Origin: Actinomycetota bacterium
Lineage (GTDB): Bacteria > Actinomycetota > Acidimicrobiia > IMCC26256 > PALSA-555
Reading direction: 5' to 3'
Length of the DNA stretch: 64,000 bases
NCBI GenBank assembly: GCA_003140175.1
Contig: PLJD01000048.1
Coordinates: 4,275-68,274 of the forward strand
This document shows, in pieces, positions 43,174 to 53,067 of the stretch. The notes below the pieces were generated by a model. It was not told the DNA's origin, made no database searches, and was given only the letters and a program-made list of their open reading frames with translations. The position numbers were made by a program, and so were the translations under genes. How positions within the stretch are numbered: position 1 is the first letter of the stretch; each line of letters starts with the position of its first letter.

Positions 43174-44685
43174 ATGGCTTCCCGGGCGCCGAGCGCAATT
43201 CGCGACATCGAAGCGCCTGCGGCGGCCCCGGCGGCGACACCGACCCGGCGGCGGCGACCGACCTGGCGGTTCTTCGTCCTGCTGGTGCTGCTCACCCTGG
43301 CGCTGCGCCTTCCCGCCTTCTTCGTCAGCGTCTTCAACTCCGACGAGACCTACCTCGCCACCCAGGCCCACGTCATCCAAGCTGGCGGCAACATCTACAC
43401 CGAAGCGGCGGACCGCAAGCCGCCCCTCGTGCCCTACATCTACGCGGCGTCCTTTGAGCTGTTCGGCTCGAACAATCTTTGGACGGTCCGCGTCGTGGCG
43501 ATGCTCGCCATCGCGCTCACCGCCTGGCTGCTGGCGTGCGAGGCGACGCGGCGGTGGGGACGACGGGCGGGGTGGATCGCGGGGCTGCTCTGCGTGCTCG
43601 CCATGGTGGCGTTCGCGCCCCAAGACGGGCAGGCCGCCAACTTCGAGGTGTTCATGCTCCCGGCGATGACCGCCGCGATGCTCTTGGCGCGTCGCGGGCG
43701 CGCCGGGTCCTCCGGCGCCGCGGTCGCCGTCGCGACGCTCGCCAAACAGACGGGCGCCGCCACCCTCCTCCCCGTCGCGTATCTGATCTGGAAGGCGAAG
43801 GGCCGGCGCGGCCTGACCTGGATGACCGTGGCGTTCGCGGTGCCGATCGGCCTCGTCGCGCTCGCGCTCGGGCCCACGCAGCTCTTCTACTGGACGGTGC
43901 TCGGGAACGGCTCCTACGTGAGCGTCGGCGAAGCGTCGCTCTACGTGCTCTCGACTTTCGTGCTGATGACGCTGGCCTGGGTGGCGTGCAACCTCCCCAT
44001 CGTGTGGCAGGTGCCCACCGCGTGGCGGGCCCGGCGCGAACGCAGCCGAGACGGCGGCACTGACACCGATCTGTGGCTGTGGCTCGTCTCAGCCGCGGTT
44101 TCCGTCGCGGTCGGGCTGCGATTCTTCGGGCATTACTACATCCAGCTGATCCCGCCGCTGTGCCTGCTGACTGCCGGGTCCCTGTCGCGTCTTCCTCGCC
44201 GGTTCGCCACCGCGACGGTGGCCTTCGCCGCCGGCGCGGCGATCGCGTTCTCGGCCGCCGGCTATTTCCTGATGCCCTACGGCAAGGAGCCCAGCTACGA
44301 GACGGTGAGCAAGTTCCTCGTCGCCCACTCGACCAGCCATGACCACGTGCTGGTCTGGGGCAACGTGCCCGAGATCTACTGGGCGTCGAACCTGCCCCCC
44401 GCGACCCGGTTCCTCACCATCGAAACGCTCACCGACAGCTTCCCCGGACGCCCCGCGGTCGACGCGTCACCCGAGAAGTCGAGCCAGCTGGTCTGGGACT
44501 GGTTCTTCCAAGATCTCGCCAAGCACCCGCCCCGCTTCATCGTCGACACCTCACCGGCTGACATCCGAGGCGCCCAGTACACGCCGATCAGCCAGTTCCC
44601 CCGCCTGGACGCGATCGTGCGCAGCCAGTACGTGTACGACGAGTCGATCGACGGGATTGCGATCTACCAGCGCCACCCCGCCTGA
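43174..44685 (+). CDS. GT-C fold glycosyltransferase (GT39 / ArnT / PMT_2-like), about 11 TM
   Basis: 503 aa. First-loop NSDETYLA acidic motif and the RKPPLVPYIY motif. Periplasmic-type C-terminal domain. Confidence 0.7.
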   Translation: MASRAPSAIRDIEAPAAAPAATPTRRRRPTWRFFVLLVLLTLALRLPAFFVSVFNSDETYLATQAHVIQAGGNIYTEAADRKPPLVPYIYAASFELFGSNNLWTVRVVAMLAIALTAWLLACEATRRWGRRAGWIAGLLCVLAMVAFAPQDGQAANFEVFMLPAMTAAMLLARRGRAGSSGAAVAVATLAKQTGAATLLPVAYLIWKAKGRRGLTWMTVAFAVPIGLVALALGPTQLFYWTVLGNGSYVSVGEASLYVLSTFVLMTLAWVACNLPIVWQVPTAWRARRERSRDGGTDTDLWLWLVSAAVSVAVGLRFFGHYYIQLIPPLCLLTAGSLSRLPRRFATATVAFAAGAAIAFSAAGYFLMPYGKEPSYETVSKFLVAHSTSHDHVLVWGNVPEIYWASNLPPATRFLTIETLTDSFPGRPAVDASPEKSSQLVWDWFFQDLAKHPPRFIVDTSPADIRGAQYTPISQFPRLDAIVRSQYVYDESIDGIAIYQRHPA

Positions 44686-44691
44686 GCTGCT

Positions 44692-45426
44692 TCAGACCAG
44701 CGGCCACGGCACCGAGTGGTAGCCGGGGTCCGGCTCGGGGAACCGGCGCTCGCGACCCAAGTCGGCGGCCCGCATGCTGAGCGCGGCGAGCTCCGGCGCC
44801 GAGAGCAACGAGGCGAGGCGCCCGCCGAGCGGCCCGTCGGGTACCTCGGCACTCACGCGACAGACGTCGTCGAGGAGCGTCGGTGCGACCCGCTCGCCAG
44901 CGAAGTCCCAGATCACGGTGCGCAGCTTCCAGGCCTGGTGGAACGTGAGGCCGTGGTCGATGCCAACGACCGAGTCGTTGGGAAGGTCGTGGAGGCAGTG
45001 CCCACCCTTGCGGTCGGCGTTGTTGACGACCACGTCGAAGGCGGCGAACTGGCGGAACCGGTCCTCGTGATCGGCGAGCAACGTGAAGTAATGCTCCTCT
45101 GGGTCGTGGTCGACGAAACGCTGCAGCGCGCCCTCACCGAACGGGGCGTCCTCGCGAAACACGGTCACGGGCACGACCCCCCAGCCGAGCGCGGCGGACA
45201 CCTCGTAGGCGGCAGCCTCGCGGCGGGACAGCGTCCCGTCGGGGAAGTCCCACAGCGGCCGCTCACCCCGGCGGGGCTTGTAGACCGCCGGGATCTCCAC
45301 CCCGTCGGCCCGGGCCTGGACGAGGAACGCGCCGTTCGACGAATACCGCAACCGTCCGAGCACCTCGACCGCTCCGCCGCCCAACACGGCGGCGATCTCG
45401 TCGGGGTTCAGTTCCAGCGGGGGCAC
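44692..45426 (-). CDS. SCO1664-family protein (PI3/PI4-kinase-like fold, function unknown)
   Basis: 244 aa. AVYKPRRGERPLWDFPDGTL, VVVNNADRKGGHCL and GIDHGLTFH. GTG start overlaps the DUF3090 gene by 19 nt. Confidence 0.75.
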   Translation of the reverse strand: MPPLELNPDEIAAVLGGGAVEVLGRLRYSSNGAFLVQARADGVEIPAVYKPRRGERPLWDFPDGTLSRREAAAYEVSAALGWGVVPVTVFREDAPFGEGALQRFVDHDPEEHYFTLLADHEDRFRQFAAFDVVVNNADRKGGHCLHDLPNDSVVGIDHGLTFHQAWKLRTVIWDFAGERVAPTLLDDVCRVSAEVPDGPLGGRLASLLSAPELAALSMRAADLGRERRFPEPDPGYHSVPWPLV

Positions 45427-45956
45427 CGGTGGCCCGCGGGGTCCATCGGCTGGTCACACAGCGGGCAGGGGGGCCGGCCGGCGGTCACCGCCGCCGCGCC
45501 CCGGGCCGCCATCGCCCGCACCTGGGAGCGAGTCGCGTACAGCCGAGCCACGAACCCGTCCTCTTCGTCCGCCGCGACGGGCACGGGCGGGTCCTCGTCG
45601 TTCTGGTCTTCGTCCTCGCCGTCCGAGGAGCGCTCGCGCAGCTCGATGAGCACCAGCTCGCGCTCGGGGTCGAAGCCGAGCCCGATGAGGCGGGCCCGGA
45701 ACAGGGGAACGGTCGGCTCCTGCAGCTCGGCGACCGAGGTCGGCAGGCGGATGCCCTCCTCGGGGTATTCGTCGGCGATGCGGTCGAGGAAGGCGACGGC
45801 CTCGGTGGCGAGCAGCGCGATCTGCTCCTTCTCGACGAGCACGGTGAGCTGGGCGCGCTCCTTGCGGGCCTGCAGATAGAACTCGCGCTGGCCCGGCTCG
45901 CCGACCGCTCCGGCGCCGAGCGTGTCGACGGGGTCGAGCTCGATCGGATCCGCCAT
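45408..45956 (-). CDS. DUF3090 family protein with C-terminal Cys/His zinc-ribbon-like motif
   Basis: 182 aa. GEPGQREFYLQARKE...LFRARLIGLGFD...CPLCDQPMDPAGHRCP. The ATG shares 1 nt with the phosphatase stop (TGATG). Confidence 0.75.
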   Translation of the reverse strand: MADPIELDPVDTLGAGAVGEPGQREFYLQARKERAQLTVLVEKEQIALLATEAVAFLDRIADEYPEEGIRLPTSVAELQEPTVPLFRARLIGLGFDPERELVLIELRERSSDGEDEDQNDEDPPVPVAADEEDGFVARLYATRSQVRAMAARGAAAVTAGRPPCPLCDQPMDPAGHRCPRWN

Positions 45957-46690
45957 CACGACGACTCCTCGGCAGGAGCGGGGGTGGGAGCCGGGGCCGG
46001 AGGGCCGAGCTCGTCGAGCGATCCAGTGTCGTTGCACTTGAGCAGCGCCACGCCATGCGCCGAGAACGCGAAGGCGTTCACCGAGGCGGGTGAGACCACG
46101 ATCCGTTGGAACAAGTCGAGGTGGACCCCGGTGTAGTGGGCGATCGCCGCCTTGATCGGATCGGCGTGCGAGACGACCACGACCAGCTCGCCGGGGTGCG
46201 CGGCGACGACCGCGTCGAGGGCGGCGACCATGCGGGCCTGCATCGCCGCGAGCGACTCGCCACCGGGGAAGCTGGCCCGCGACGGGGCGCGCTGCACCAC
46301 CTTCCAGAGATCGGTCGTGGCGAGCTCGGTGAGCTTCTGGCCGGCCCACTCGCCGTAGTCGGCCTCGAGGACCCCCGCCAGGGGCTGGACGGTGAGGCCA
46401 TGGCGGGCTGCGACCGCGGTGGCGGTCTGGGTGGTCCGCTCGATGGGGCTGGCGTACACCACCGCGACGGGCAGGCCCGCGAGCCGCTGCGCGAGCTGGT
46501 CGGCTTGGCGGCAGCCTTCCTCGGACAGCGGGATGCCGGGCAAGCGACCCGAGAGCAGCGGGCCGGTCTGTGCCGTCACCGCGTGGCGGGCCAGGACGAG
46601 CCGGGTGACCGTCGGGGCAGGCGCCTCGGGTGCGGCCCCGTCGGGGGACGGCGCCGCAACGGGCGGGGGAGCGGTGGTGGCCTCGGGCAT
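45956..46690 (-). CDS. Histidine phosphatase (phosphoglycerate-mutase-like) family protein, MSMEG_4193 type
   Basis: ATG 46690 (the ORF runs to 46861). RLVLARHAVT (RHG-type motif), YASPIERTTQTA and VVVVSHADPIKA. Confidence 0.78.
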   Translation of the reverse strand: MPEATTAPPPVAAPSPDGAAPEAPAPTVTRLVLARHAVTAQTGPLLSGRLPGIPLSEEGCRQADQLAQRLAGLPVAVVYASPIERTTQTATAVAARHGLTVQPLAGVLEADYGEWAGQKLTELATTDLWKVVQRAPSRASFPGGESLAAMQARMVAALDAVVAAHPGELVVVVSHADPIKAAIAHYTGVHLDLFQRIVVSPASVNAFAFSAHGVALLKCNDTGSLDELGPPAPAPTPAPAEESS

Positions 46691-46769
46691 CGGGCGTCGA
46701 TGGTACCGGCGGCCCCCCGCCGGCCCACCAGCCGGTCCGGCTCCGCCGGGACCGAGGTACGGTCCGCCC

Positions 46770-47222
46770 GTGAACCAGGTCCCGATCAGCATGCGGCCCG
46801 GCGGGCTCGACGAGACCGTGCTCGACGCCGAGCCGGGCGAGGCGCTCGCCGCCCTCGACACGGCGCTGGAACACCCCGCGGAGGAGCGACGCGAGGCCGT
46901 GCGCGCGGTGGTGGCGCGGCGGCCGGGTTTCCTCGACGCGTGGGCGCGCCTCGGCGAGACGGCACGCGACGACGTCGAGGCGTATGCCTGCTACCGCGTC
47001 GGATACCACCGGGGGCTGGACCGGCTGCGCCACGCGGGGTGGCGGGGCTCGGGGTACGTGCGGTGGGCCCATCGGGAGAACCGGGGGTTCCTGCGCTCCC
47101 TCGCCGGGCTGCAGCGGGCGGCGCGGGTGCTCGAGGAGACCGACGAGGCCGAGCGGACGGGCGCCTTCCTGCACCAGCTCGAGCCCGACTGGGATCAGAT
47201 CGACGAGGCGCACGGCCACTAA
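46770..47222 (+). CDS. DUF3151 family protein
   Basis: GTG 46770 or ATG 46791. [12 protein letters not shown]...[36 protein letters not shown]. Confidence 0.65.
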   Translation: MNQVPISMRPGGLDETVLDAEPGEALAALDTALEHPAEERREAVRAVVARRPGFLDAWARLGETARDDVEAYACYRVGYHRGLDRLRHAGWRGSGYVRWAHRENRGFLRSLAGLQRAARVLEETDEAERTGAFLHQLEPDWDQIDEAHGH

Positions 47223-47232
47223 CGTCCACGGT

Positions 47233-48225
47233 GTGCGTCGCGCGCTTGTTACTGGAATCACCGGCCAAGACGGCCGGCACATGTCGGAGTTCCTCACCGG
47301 CAAGGGCTATCAGGTGTTCGGCCTCGTGCGGGGCCAGAACAACCCGAAGGCCCAGCTGGTCCAGGACGAGAACCCGTCCCTCGAGCTCGTCGAGGGCGAC
47401 CTTCGGGACCTCTCTTCGCTGATCGCCGCGCTCGAGCAGGTGCAGCCCGACGAGATCTACAACCTCGGCGCCATGAGCTTCGTGGCCTTGTCGTTCCGTC
47501 AGCCTGAGCTCACCGCGGACACCACCGGCCTCGGGGTGCTGCGGACGCTCGAGGCGGTGCGGATCGTGGGCGGCACCCAGAACAACCCGATCCGCCTCTA
47601 TCAGGCGTCGTCGTCGGAGATGTTCGGCAAGGTCCGCGAGACCCCCCAGACCGAGCGGACGCCGTTCCATCCTCGGTCCCCCTACGGGGTCGCGAAGGTG
47701 TTTGGGCACTCGATCACCGTGAACTACCGCGAGTCCTACTCGATGCACGCCTCGTCGGGGATTTGCTTCAACCACGAGTCGCCGCGACGGGGCCTGGAGT
47801 TCGTCACCCGCAAGATCACGAATGGGCTGGCCCGCATCAAGCTCGGGCTCCAGGACTCCATCACGCTCGGCAACCTCGAGGCGGCCCGCGACTGGGGCTA
47901 CGCGGGAGACTTCGTCGAGGCGATGTGGTTGATGGTCCAACAAGACGAGCCCGACGACTACGTCATCGCCACCGGGGAGACCCACACCATCCGCGAGTTC
48001 CTCGACTTGGCCTTCCGCTGCGCGGAGATCGACGGGTGGGAGAGCTTCGTTCGCACTGATCCCCGCTTCGAGCGGCCCGCCGAGGTCGACGTGCTGTGCG
48101 GCGACGCGGCGAAGGCCCGGGAGCGCCTGGGATGGAAGCCGCGGGTCACCTTCGAGGAGCTGGTCCGGATGATGTACGAGAGCGACCTGGCCGAGGAAGC
48201 CGCCCGGGCCGAACTCGACCGCTGA
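47233..48225 (+). CDS. gmd: GDP-mannose 4,6-dehydratase
   Basis: GTG 47233. [46 protein letters not shown] and SPYGVAKV (YxxxK) motifs. Confidence 0.9.
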   Translation: MRRALVTGITGQDGRHMSEFLTGKGYQVFGLVRGQNNPKAQLVQDENPSLELVEGDLRDLSSLIAALEQVQPDEIYNLGAMSFVALSFRQPELTADTTGLGVLRTLEAVRIVGGTQNNPIRLYQASSSEMFGKVRETPQTERTPFHPRSPYGVAKVFGHSITVNYRESYSMHASSGICFNHESPRRGLEFVTRKITNGLARIKLGLQDSITLGNLEAARDWGYAGDFVEAMWLMVQQDEPDDYVIATGETHTIREFLDLAFRCAEIDGWESFVRTDPRFERPAEVDVLCGDAAKARERLGWKPRVTFEELVRMMYESDLAEEAARAELDR

Positions 48226-48287
48226 GCCCGGCGCCTCGCGCGGCGGGAGTCACGGCTCGCCCACCGAGACCGGCGTGGCCCGGCCCG

Positions 48288-48308
48288 ACGACCGCGGTTA
48301 CCGGTCGT
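48288..48308. terminator. Hairpin in the convergent gmd / nitronate monooxygenase junction
   Basis: ACGACCG-(7 nt)-CGGTCGT. The right arm overlaps the NMO stop codon. Confidence 0.25.
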
Positions 48309-49276
48309 TACACGCGGCTGGCGGCGGCGACGTCGAGCGCGCGTTCCGCCTCGGCGACAAAGCGCGACACCAGCTCACCGGCCGGGATGAGCTCTTGGAT
48401 GGCTCCTACCCCTTGGCCGGCGGGATAGCACTCCCGCTCAGGATCGACACCGGTCGCCCCGTCGCCCAGCGGCAGGTGCATGAACCCCCCTTGGGTCGAC
48501 ACGAAGATCTGCTCCGGGAAGGGCCGGAGCTCGTCGGGGTGCTCGTCGTAGTGCTGGGTCGTCCGATTGCGAACCGTGCGCATGGTCTTGCCGCTAAAGG
48601 CACGGCTCACGACGGTCCCGTCTTCGGGGGTTCGCACGAGCGCCTCTTTGTATCCGGCGACCGAGCGCGCCTCGGGCGTCGCGATGAACCGGGTCCCGAC
48701 CCAGACGCCGTCCGCTCCGAGCGTCAGCGCCGCCGCCAAGCCGCGACCGTCGAAGATCCCACCGGCGGCCGCGACCGGGACTCGATCGCCGACCGCGTCG
48801 ACGACCTGGGGTACGAGCGGCATCGTGGCCACGGTCCCGGTGTGGCCGCCCGCTTCGGTGCCCTGGGCGACGACCAGGTCGCAGCCGGCTTCGACCGCCG
48901 CGATGGCGTGGCGCACTTTTCCGCACATGTTGACCACGAGGACGTGGTGGCGGTGGCAGAGCTCGAGTACGTCGCGCGGCACGCCGAGCGCGGCGACGAA
49001 GACGGGGACGTTCTCCTCGATCAGCAGCTCGACACCCTCGTGGGTCTGTTCGGGCAGCGCGGTGAGCAGGTCCACGCCGAACGGTTTGCTGGTGAGCGAC
49101 TGGGTGGCCCGGATCTCGTCGCGCAGCTGGTCGGGGCTCATGGTGCCGGCACCGAGGGTTCCGAATCCCCCGGCTTCCGACACCGCGGCGACCAGACGGT
49201 GATAGGAGACGCCGCCCATGCCGGCGAGCATGACCGGGTGCTCAACCTGGAGGACGTCGGTGAGTCGTGTGCGCAT
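48308..49276 (-). CDS. Nitronate monooxygenase / FMN-dependent enoyl reductase (NMO family)
   Basis: 322 aa. HPVMLAGMGGVS, FGVDLL, VVAQGTEAGGHTG and GADGVWVGTRF. Confidence 0.85.
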   Translation of the reverse strand: MRTRLTDVLQVEHPVMLAGMGGVSYHRLVAAVSEAGGFGTLGAGTMSPDQLRDEIRATQSLTSKPFGVDLLTALPEQTHEGVELLIEENVPVFVAALGVPRDVLELCHRHHVLVVNMCGKVRHAIAAVEAGCDLVVAQGTEAGGHTGTVATMPLVPQVVDAVGDRVPVAAAGGIFDGRGLAAALTLGADGVWVGTRFIATPEARSVAGYKEALVRTPEDGTVVSRAFSGKTMRTVRNRTTQHYDEHPDELRPFPEQIFVSTQGGFMHLPLGDGATGVDPERECYPAGQGVGAIQELIPAGELVSRFVAEAERALDVAAASRV

Positions 49277-49278
49277 GA

Positions 49279-49812
49279 GTGGAGGCTAACGTCACAGTCG
49301 TGGCGAACCACGCGCCGCTCGTGGGCGTCATCATGGGCAGCGACTCAGACCTGCGGGTCATGCAGGGCGCGATCGATGTGCTCGTCGAGTTCGGGGTGCC
49401 GCACGAGGTGCGGGTCGTCTCGGCGCACCGCACACCGGACGCGCTCGCCGAGTACGCGCGCAGTGCGGCCGGGCGCGGCGTGCGAGCCATCATCGCCGGC
49501 GCGGGCGGCGCCGCCCACCTGCCCGGCATGGCGGCCTCCTGGACGACGCTGCCGGTCATCGGTGTCCCGGTGCCGCTCGACCGTCTCGACGGGCTCGACT
49601 CGCTGCTGTCGATCGTGCAGATGCCGAGCGGCGTGCCGGTGGCGACCGTCGCGATCGGCAACGCGACGAACGCGGCCCTGCTGGCGGTGCGCATGCTGGC
49701 CACGACTGATGACGCCCTGCGGACACGCCTGGAGCGGTACCGCGACGACCTGGCCGCCCGCGTGCAGGCCAAGGACCAAGGGGTCCGCGACCGCTCGTCA
49801 CCCGGTGGGTGA
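49279..49812 (+). CDS. purE: 5-(carboxyamino)imidazole ribonucleotide mutase
   Basis: [33 protein letters not shown] and VIGVPV motifs. The start may be GTG 49300 rather than 49279, which is only 2 nt from the divergent NMO start. Confidence 0.9.
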   Translation: MEANVTVVANHAPLVGVIMGSDSDLRVMQGAIDVLVEFGVPHEVRVVSAHRTPDALAEYARSAAGRGVRAIIAGAGGAAHLPGMAASWTTLPVIGVPVPLDRLDGLDSLLSIVQMPSGVPVATVAIGNATNAALLAVRMLATTDDALRTRLERYRDDLAARVQAKDQGVRDRSSPGG

Positions 49813-49906
49813 CGCCCCGGACGTTCGTCCCGACCCGCCCACCTGAGTAGCGTCGCTCGGGCGTGAACCGACTCCTCCCGACGCCGAGCAACCCCGAGCG
49901 ACCCTG

Positions 49907-51463
49907 ATGTGGCCCGCGCCGCACGCGGAGCGGAACCCGGACAAGGCGGCTTGTGTCTTGGCTGGCTCCGGCGTGGCGGTCACCTACCGGGAGCTCGACG
50001 ACCGCTCGAATCGCCTGGCTCAGCTGTTGTGGGCGCGGGGGCTGCGCTTCGGCGACCATCTGGCCGTCCTCATGGAGAACAACGACCGGTACCTCGAGGT
50101 GTGCTGGGCAGCACAGCGATCCGGCCTGTACTTCACGCCGATCAACTACCACTTCAACGGCGGGGAGGTCGCGTACATCCTCGCGGACTGCGACGCGACC
50201 GCGCTGGTCGCTTCGAGCGCGCTCGGCGCCACGCTGCGCGAGCTGACGCCCGGGCTGCCCGACGCGGTCACGACCCGGCTCGTGGTCGGCGACGACGTCC
50301 CGCCCGGCTACGAGTCCTACGACGACGCGGTGGCGGCGTTCCCCGCCGAGCCGCTCGCCGAGGAGCTCGAGGGTCACGCGATGCTGTACTCGTCGGGAAC
50401 GACGGGCCGTCCGAAGGGCATCCGGTACACGCTCGAGCGCAGACCGGTCGGCAATCCCGCGGCGGCGCTGAGCGGCTTCGCCACGACGTACCAGCTCGAC
50501 GAGGACGCCGTGTACCTCTCGCCGGCGCCGCTGTACCACTCGGCGCCGTTGCAGTTCTGCATCGCGGTGACCCGCCTCGGGGCCACCGCGATCGTCCTCG
50601 AGCACTTTGACCCGGAGACGTGCCTCGCCGCGATCGAGCGCTACCGGGTGACGCACGCCCAGTTCGTCCCCACCATGTTCGTGCGGATGTTGAAGCTGCC
50701 CGAGGAGGTGCGGGCCCGCTACGACGTGTCGTCGCTGCGGGTCGTCATCCACGCCGCGGCACCCTGCCCGGTCGAGATCAAGCGGTCGATGATCGAGTGG
50801 TGGGGCCCGATCGTGTACGAGTACTACGGCGCGACCGAGGGGATGGGCTCGACCCTCATCACGAGCCAGGAATGGCTCGCCCACCCCGGATCGGTGGGCA
50901 AGCCGTTCTTCTCCGTCGTGCACATCCTCGACGAGGACGGGCACGAATGCCCGGTCGGCGAGCCTGGCCTGGTGTGGTTCGAGCCCGGCGAGCGGATCTT
51001 GCACTTCGAGTACCACAAGGACCCGGCCAAGACCGCCACCACCCGCGACGAGCGAGGTTGGGCCTCGGTCGGCGACATCGGCTACGTCGACAAGGACGGC
51101 TACCTGTACCTGACCGACCGTCGGGATTTCATGATCGTCTCGGGCGGGGTGAACATCTACCCCCAGGAAGCCGAGAACCTGCTCGTCACCCACCCGAAGG
51201 TCATGGATGCGGCGGTGTTCGGCATCCCCGATGAGGAGATGGGCGAACGGGTGCACGGGGTCGTGCAGCCGATCGACATGGCCGACGCCGGCCCGGCGCT
51301 CGAGCGGGAGCTGATCGGGTTCTGCCGCGAGCATCTCGCGCACTACAAGTGCCCCCAGGCGATCGACTTCGACCCCGAACTGCCCCGACAACCCACCGGC
51401 AAGCTGTACAAGCGGCTGCTGCGCGACCGGTATTGGGGCGCGAAGCAGAGCCGGATCGTGTGA
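49907..51463 (+). CDS. Acyl-CoA synthetase (AMP-binding family)
   Basis: 518 aa. MLYSSGTTGRPKGI, YYGATEG, WASVGDIGY and PTGKLYKRLLR motifs. Confidence 0.88.
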   Translation: MWPAPHAERNPDKAACVLAGSGVAVTYRELDDRSNRLAQLLWARGLRFGDHLAVLMENNDRYLEVCWAAQRSGLYFTPINYHFNGGEVAYILADCDATALVASSALGATLRELTPGLPDAVTTRLVVGDDVPPGYESYDDAVAAFPAEPLAEELEGHAMLYSSGTTGRPKGIRYTLERRPVGNPAAALSGFATTYQLDEDAVYLSPAPLYHSAPLQFCIAVTRLGATAIVLEHFDPETCLAAIERYRVTHAQFVPTMFVRMLKLPEEVRARYDVSSLRVVIHAAAPCPVEIKRSMIEWWGPIVYEYYGATEGMGSTLITSQEWLAHPGSVGKPFFSVVHILDEDGHECPVGEPGLVWFEPGERILHFEYHKDPAKTATTRDERGWASVGDIGYVDKDGYLYLTDRRDFMIVSGGVNIYPQEAENLLVTHPKVMDAAVFGIPDEEMGERVHGVVQPIDMADAGPALERELIGFCREHLAHYKCPQAIDFDPELPRQPTGKLYKRLLRDRYWGAKQSRIV

Positions 51464-52245
51464 GCGGGCCCGACTACCCGGCGCTGCTCGCGGACCTCCG
51501 CGCCGAGGAGGACGCCCTCGACCGGGTCGTCGCCGACCTGGACCCGACCGCCTGGGCCAGCGCGACCCCCGCCGCCGGGTGGGATATTCGCGATTCGGTC
51601 GCGCACCTCGCCGGCAGCGAAGATCTCGCCCGCACCGCGTTGCACGACCCGGCGGCGTTTCTCGCCCGCCGGGACGAGGTGCTCGCGGCCCCCGACGGCG
51701 ACGCGCTGCTCGGCCAGGGTCGAGGCATGCCTGCCCCTGCGGTGCTCGCCTGGTGGCGGGCCGCCCGCGCCGACTTGGCCGCCGATCTGGCCCGACTCGG
51801 ACCCCGGGACCGGATCGGCTGGTTCGCCGGCCCGATGTCGGCGACGTCGTTCGCGACGGCGCGGCTCATGGAGACCTGGGCCCACGGCCAGGACGTCCGC
51901 GACGCGCTCGACCGGCCGCCGGAGGTGTCGGCCCGGCTGCGTCACATCGCCGATCTCGGCGTGCGCACTCGTCCCTTCTCCTACCGGGTCCGGGGGCTCG
52001 AGCCGCCGCCGGGGGAGGTTCGCGTCGAGCTCGCCGGCCCCGACGGCGCCCAGTGGACCTGGGGTCCGAGCGAGGTGCCCGACCGCGTCCGGGGCCCCGC
52101 ACTGGATTTCTGCCTGGTCGTCACCCAGCGGCGCCATCCCGCGGACGAAGCGCTGGTGACCACTGGGCCGCGCGCGGCGGAGTGGATCGACCTAGCGCAG
52201 GCGTTCGCGGGGCCGCCGACCGGGCAGCGCGCGCCGACGCGGTGA
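51460..52245 (+). CDS. DinB/MDMPI-like metal-binding protein (TIGR03084-type, mycothiol-dependent maleylpyruvate isomerase N-domain family)
   Basis: GTG 51460 overlaps the synthetase stop (GTGA). GWDIRDSVAHL...ARLMETWAHGQDV...ALDFCLVVTQRRH. Confidence 0.65.
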   Translation: MSGPDYPALLADLRAEEDALDRVVADLDPTAWASATPAAGWDIRDSVAHLAGSEDLARTALHDPAAFLARRDEVLAAPDGDALLGQGRGMPAPAVLAWWRAARADLAADLARLGPRDRIGWFAGPMSATSFATARLMETWAHGQDVRDALDRPPEVSARLRHIADLGVRTRPFSYRVRGLEPPPGEVRVELAGPDGAQWTWGPSEVPDRVRGPALDFCLVVTQRRHPADEALVTTGPRAAEWIDLAQAFAGPPTGQRAPTR

Positions 52246-52266
52246 GCGCGGCGGCGCCGCACGCGC

Positions 52267-53067
52267 TCAGGTCGGCGGGGAGAAGCGGGCTCGGCGCTTC
52301 TCGACGAACGCCGCGACCCCTTCCTGGCCGTCGACGCTGTTCCCGGCGACCACCATCGCGGCGGCCTCGCGGGTGAGCTGCTCGTCCAGCGAGGAACCCA
52401 GTCCGCTCTTGAGGAGCCGCTTCGCGGCGGCCAGCGCGGCGGGGGGACCCGCGGCGAGCTCGGTGACGAGACGTTCAGCTTCGTCGGAGAGCTCGTCGTC
52501 GGGCACGACGCGGGTGACGAGACCCCAGGCCAGCGCCTCCGATGCGTCGAGCGGGCGGTTGGTGAGGGCGAGCTCGAGCGCGCGGCGCAGGCCGACCGCG
52601 CGCGGGAGCGACCACGTCGAACCGCCGTCGGGGACGAGACCCAGGCTGGTGTACGCGAGGACGAACCGGGTTCGCTCGGCGGCCACAACCAGGTCGGCCG
52701 CGGCGAGGAGGGAGATCCCCGCGCCCGCCGCACTGCCCTGCACGGCGGCGACCACGGGGACCTCGAGGGCGCCGAGGTCGGCGATCGCGGGGTGCAGAGC
52801 GCCGAGCAGCTCGCCGAGATGGTCGCCGAGCCGGTCGCCGACGCCGGCGAAGCCACGCACGTCGCCGCCGGCACAGAAACGGGACCCCGCCCCGGTGAGC
52901 AACACGACCCGTACCGCGGGATCGGCCCGGACGCGGCGGGTGGCCGCGGCGAGGGCACGGGCCAGGTCGAGGTCGATGGCGTTGGCAACGTCAGGTCGGT
53001 TCAAGGTCAGGCGAGCCACGCCGGCGCGCACGTCGAGCAGCACCGGCGCAGCGGAGGGCTCGGTCAT
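52267..53067 (-). CDS. Enoyl-CoA hydratase/isomerase family protein
   Basis: ATG 53067 overlaps the ACAD stop (ATGA). LNRPDVANAIDL, LLTGAGSRFCAGGDV and AAVQGSAAGAGISL. Confidence 0.85.
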   Translation of the reverse strand: MTEPSAAPVLLDVRAGVARLTLNRPDVANAIDLDLARALAAATRRVRADPAVRVVLLTGAGSRFCAGGDVRGFAGVGDRLGDHLGELLGALHPAIADLGALEVPVVAAVQGSAAGAGISLLAAADLVVAAERTRFVLAYTSLGLVPDGGSTWSLPRAVGLRRALELALTNRPLDASEALAWGLVTRVVPDDELSDEAERLVTELAAGPPAALAAAKRLLKSGLGSSLDEQLTREAAAMVVAGNSVDGQEGVAAFVEKRRARFSPPT

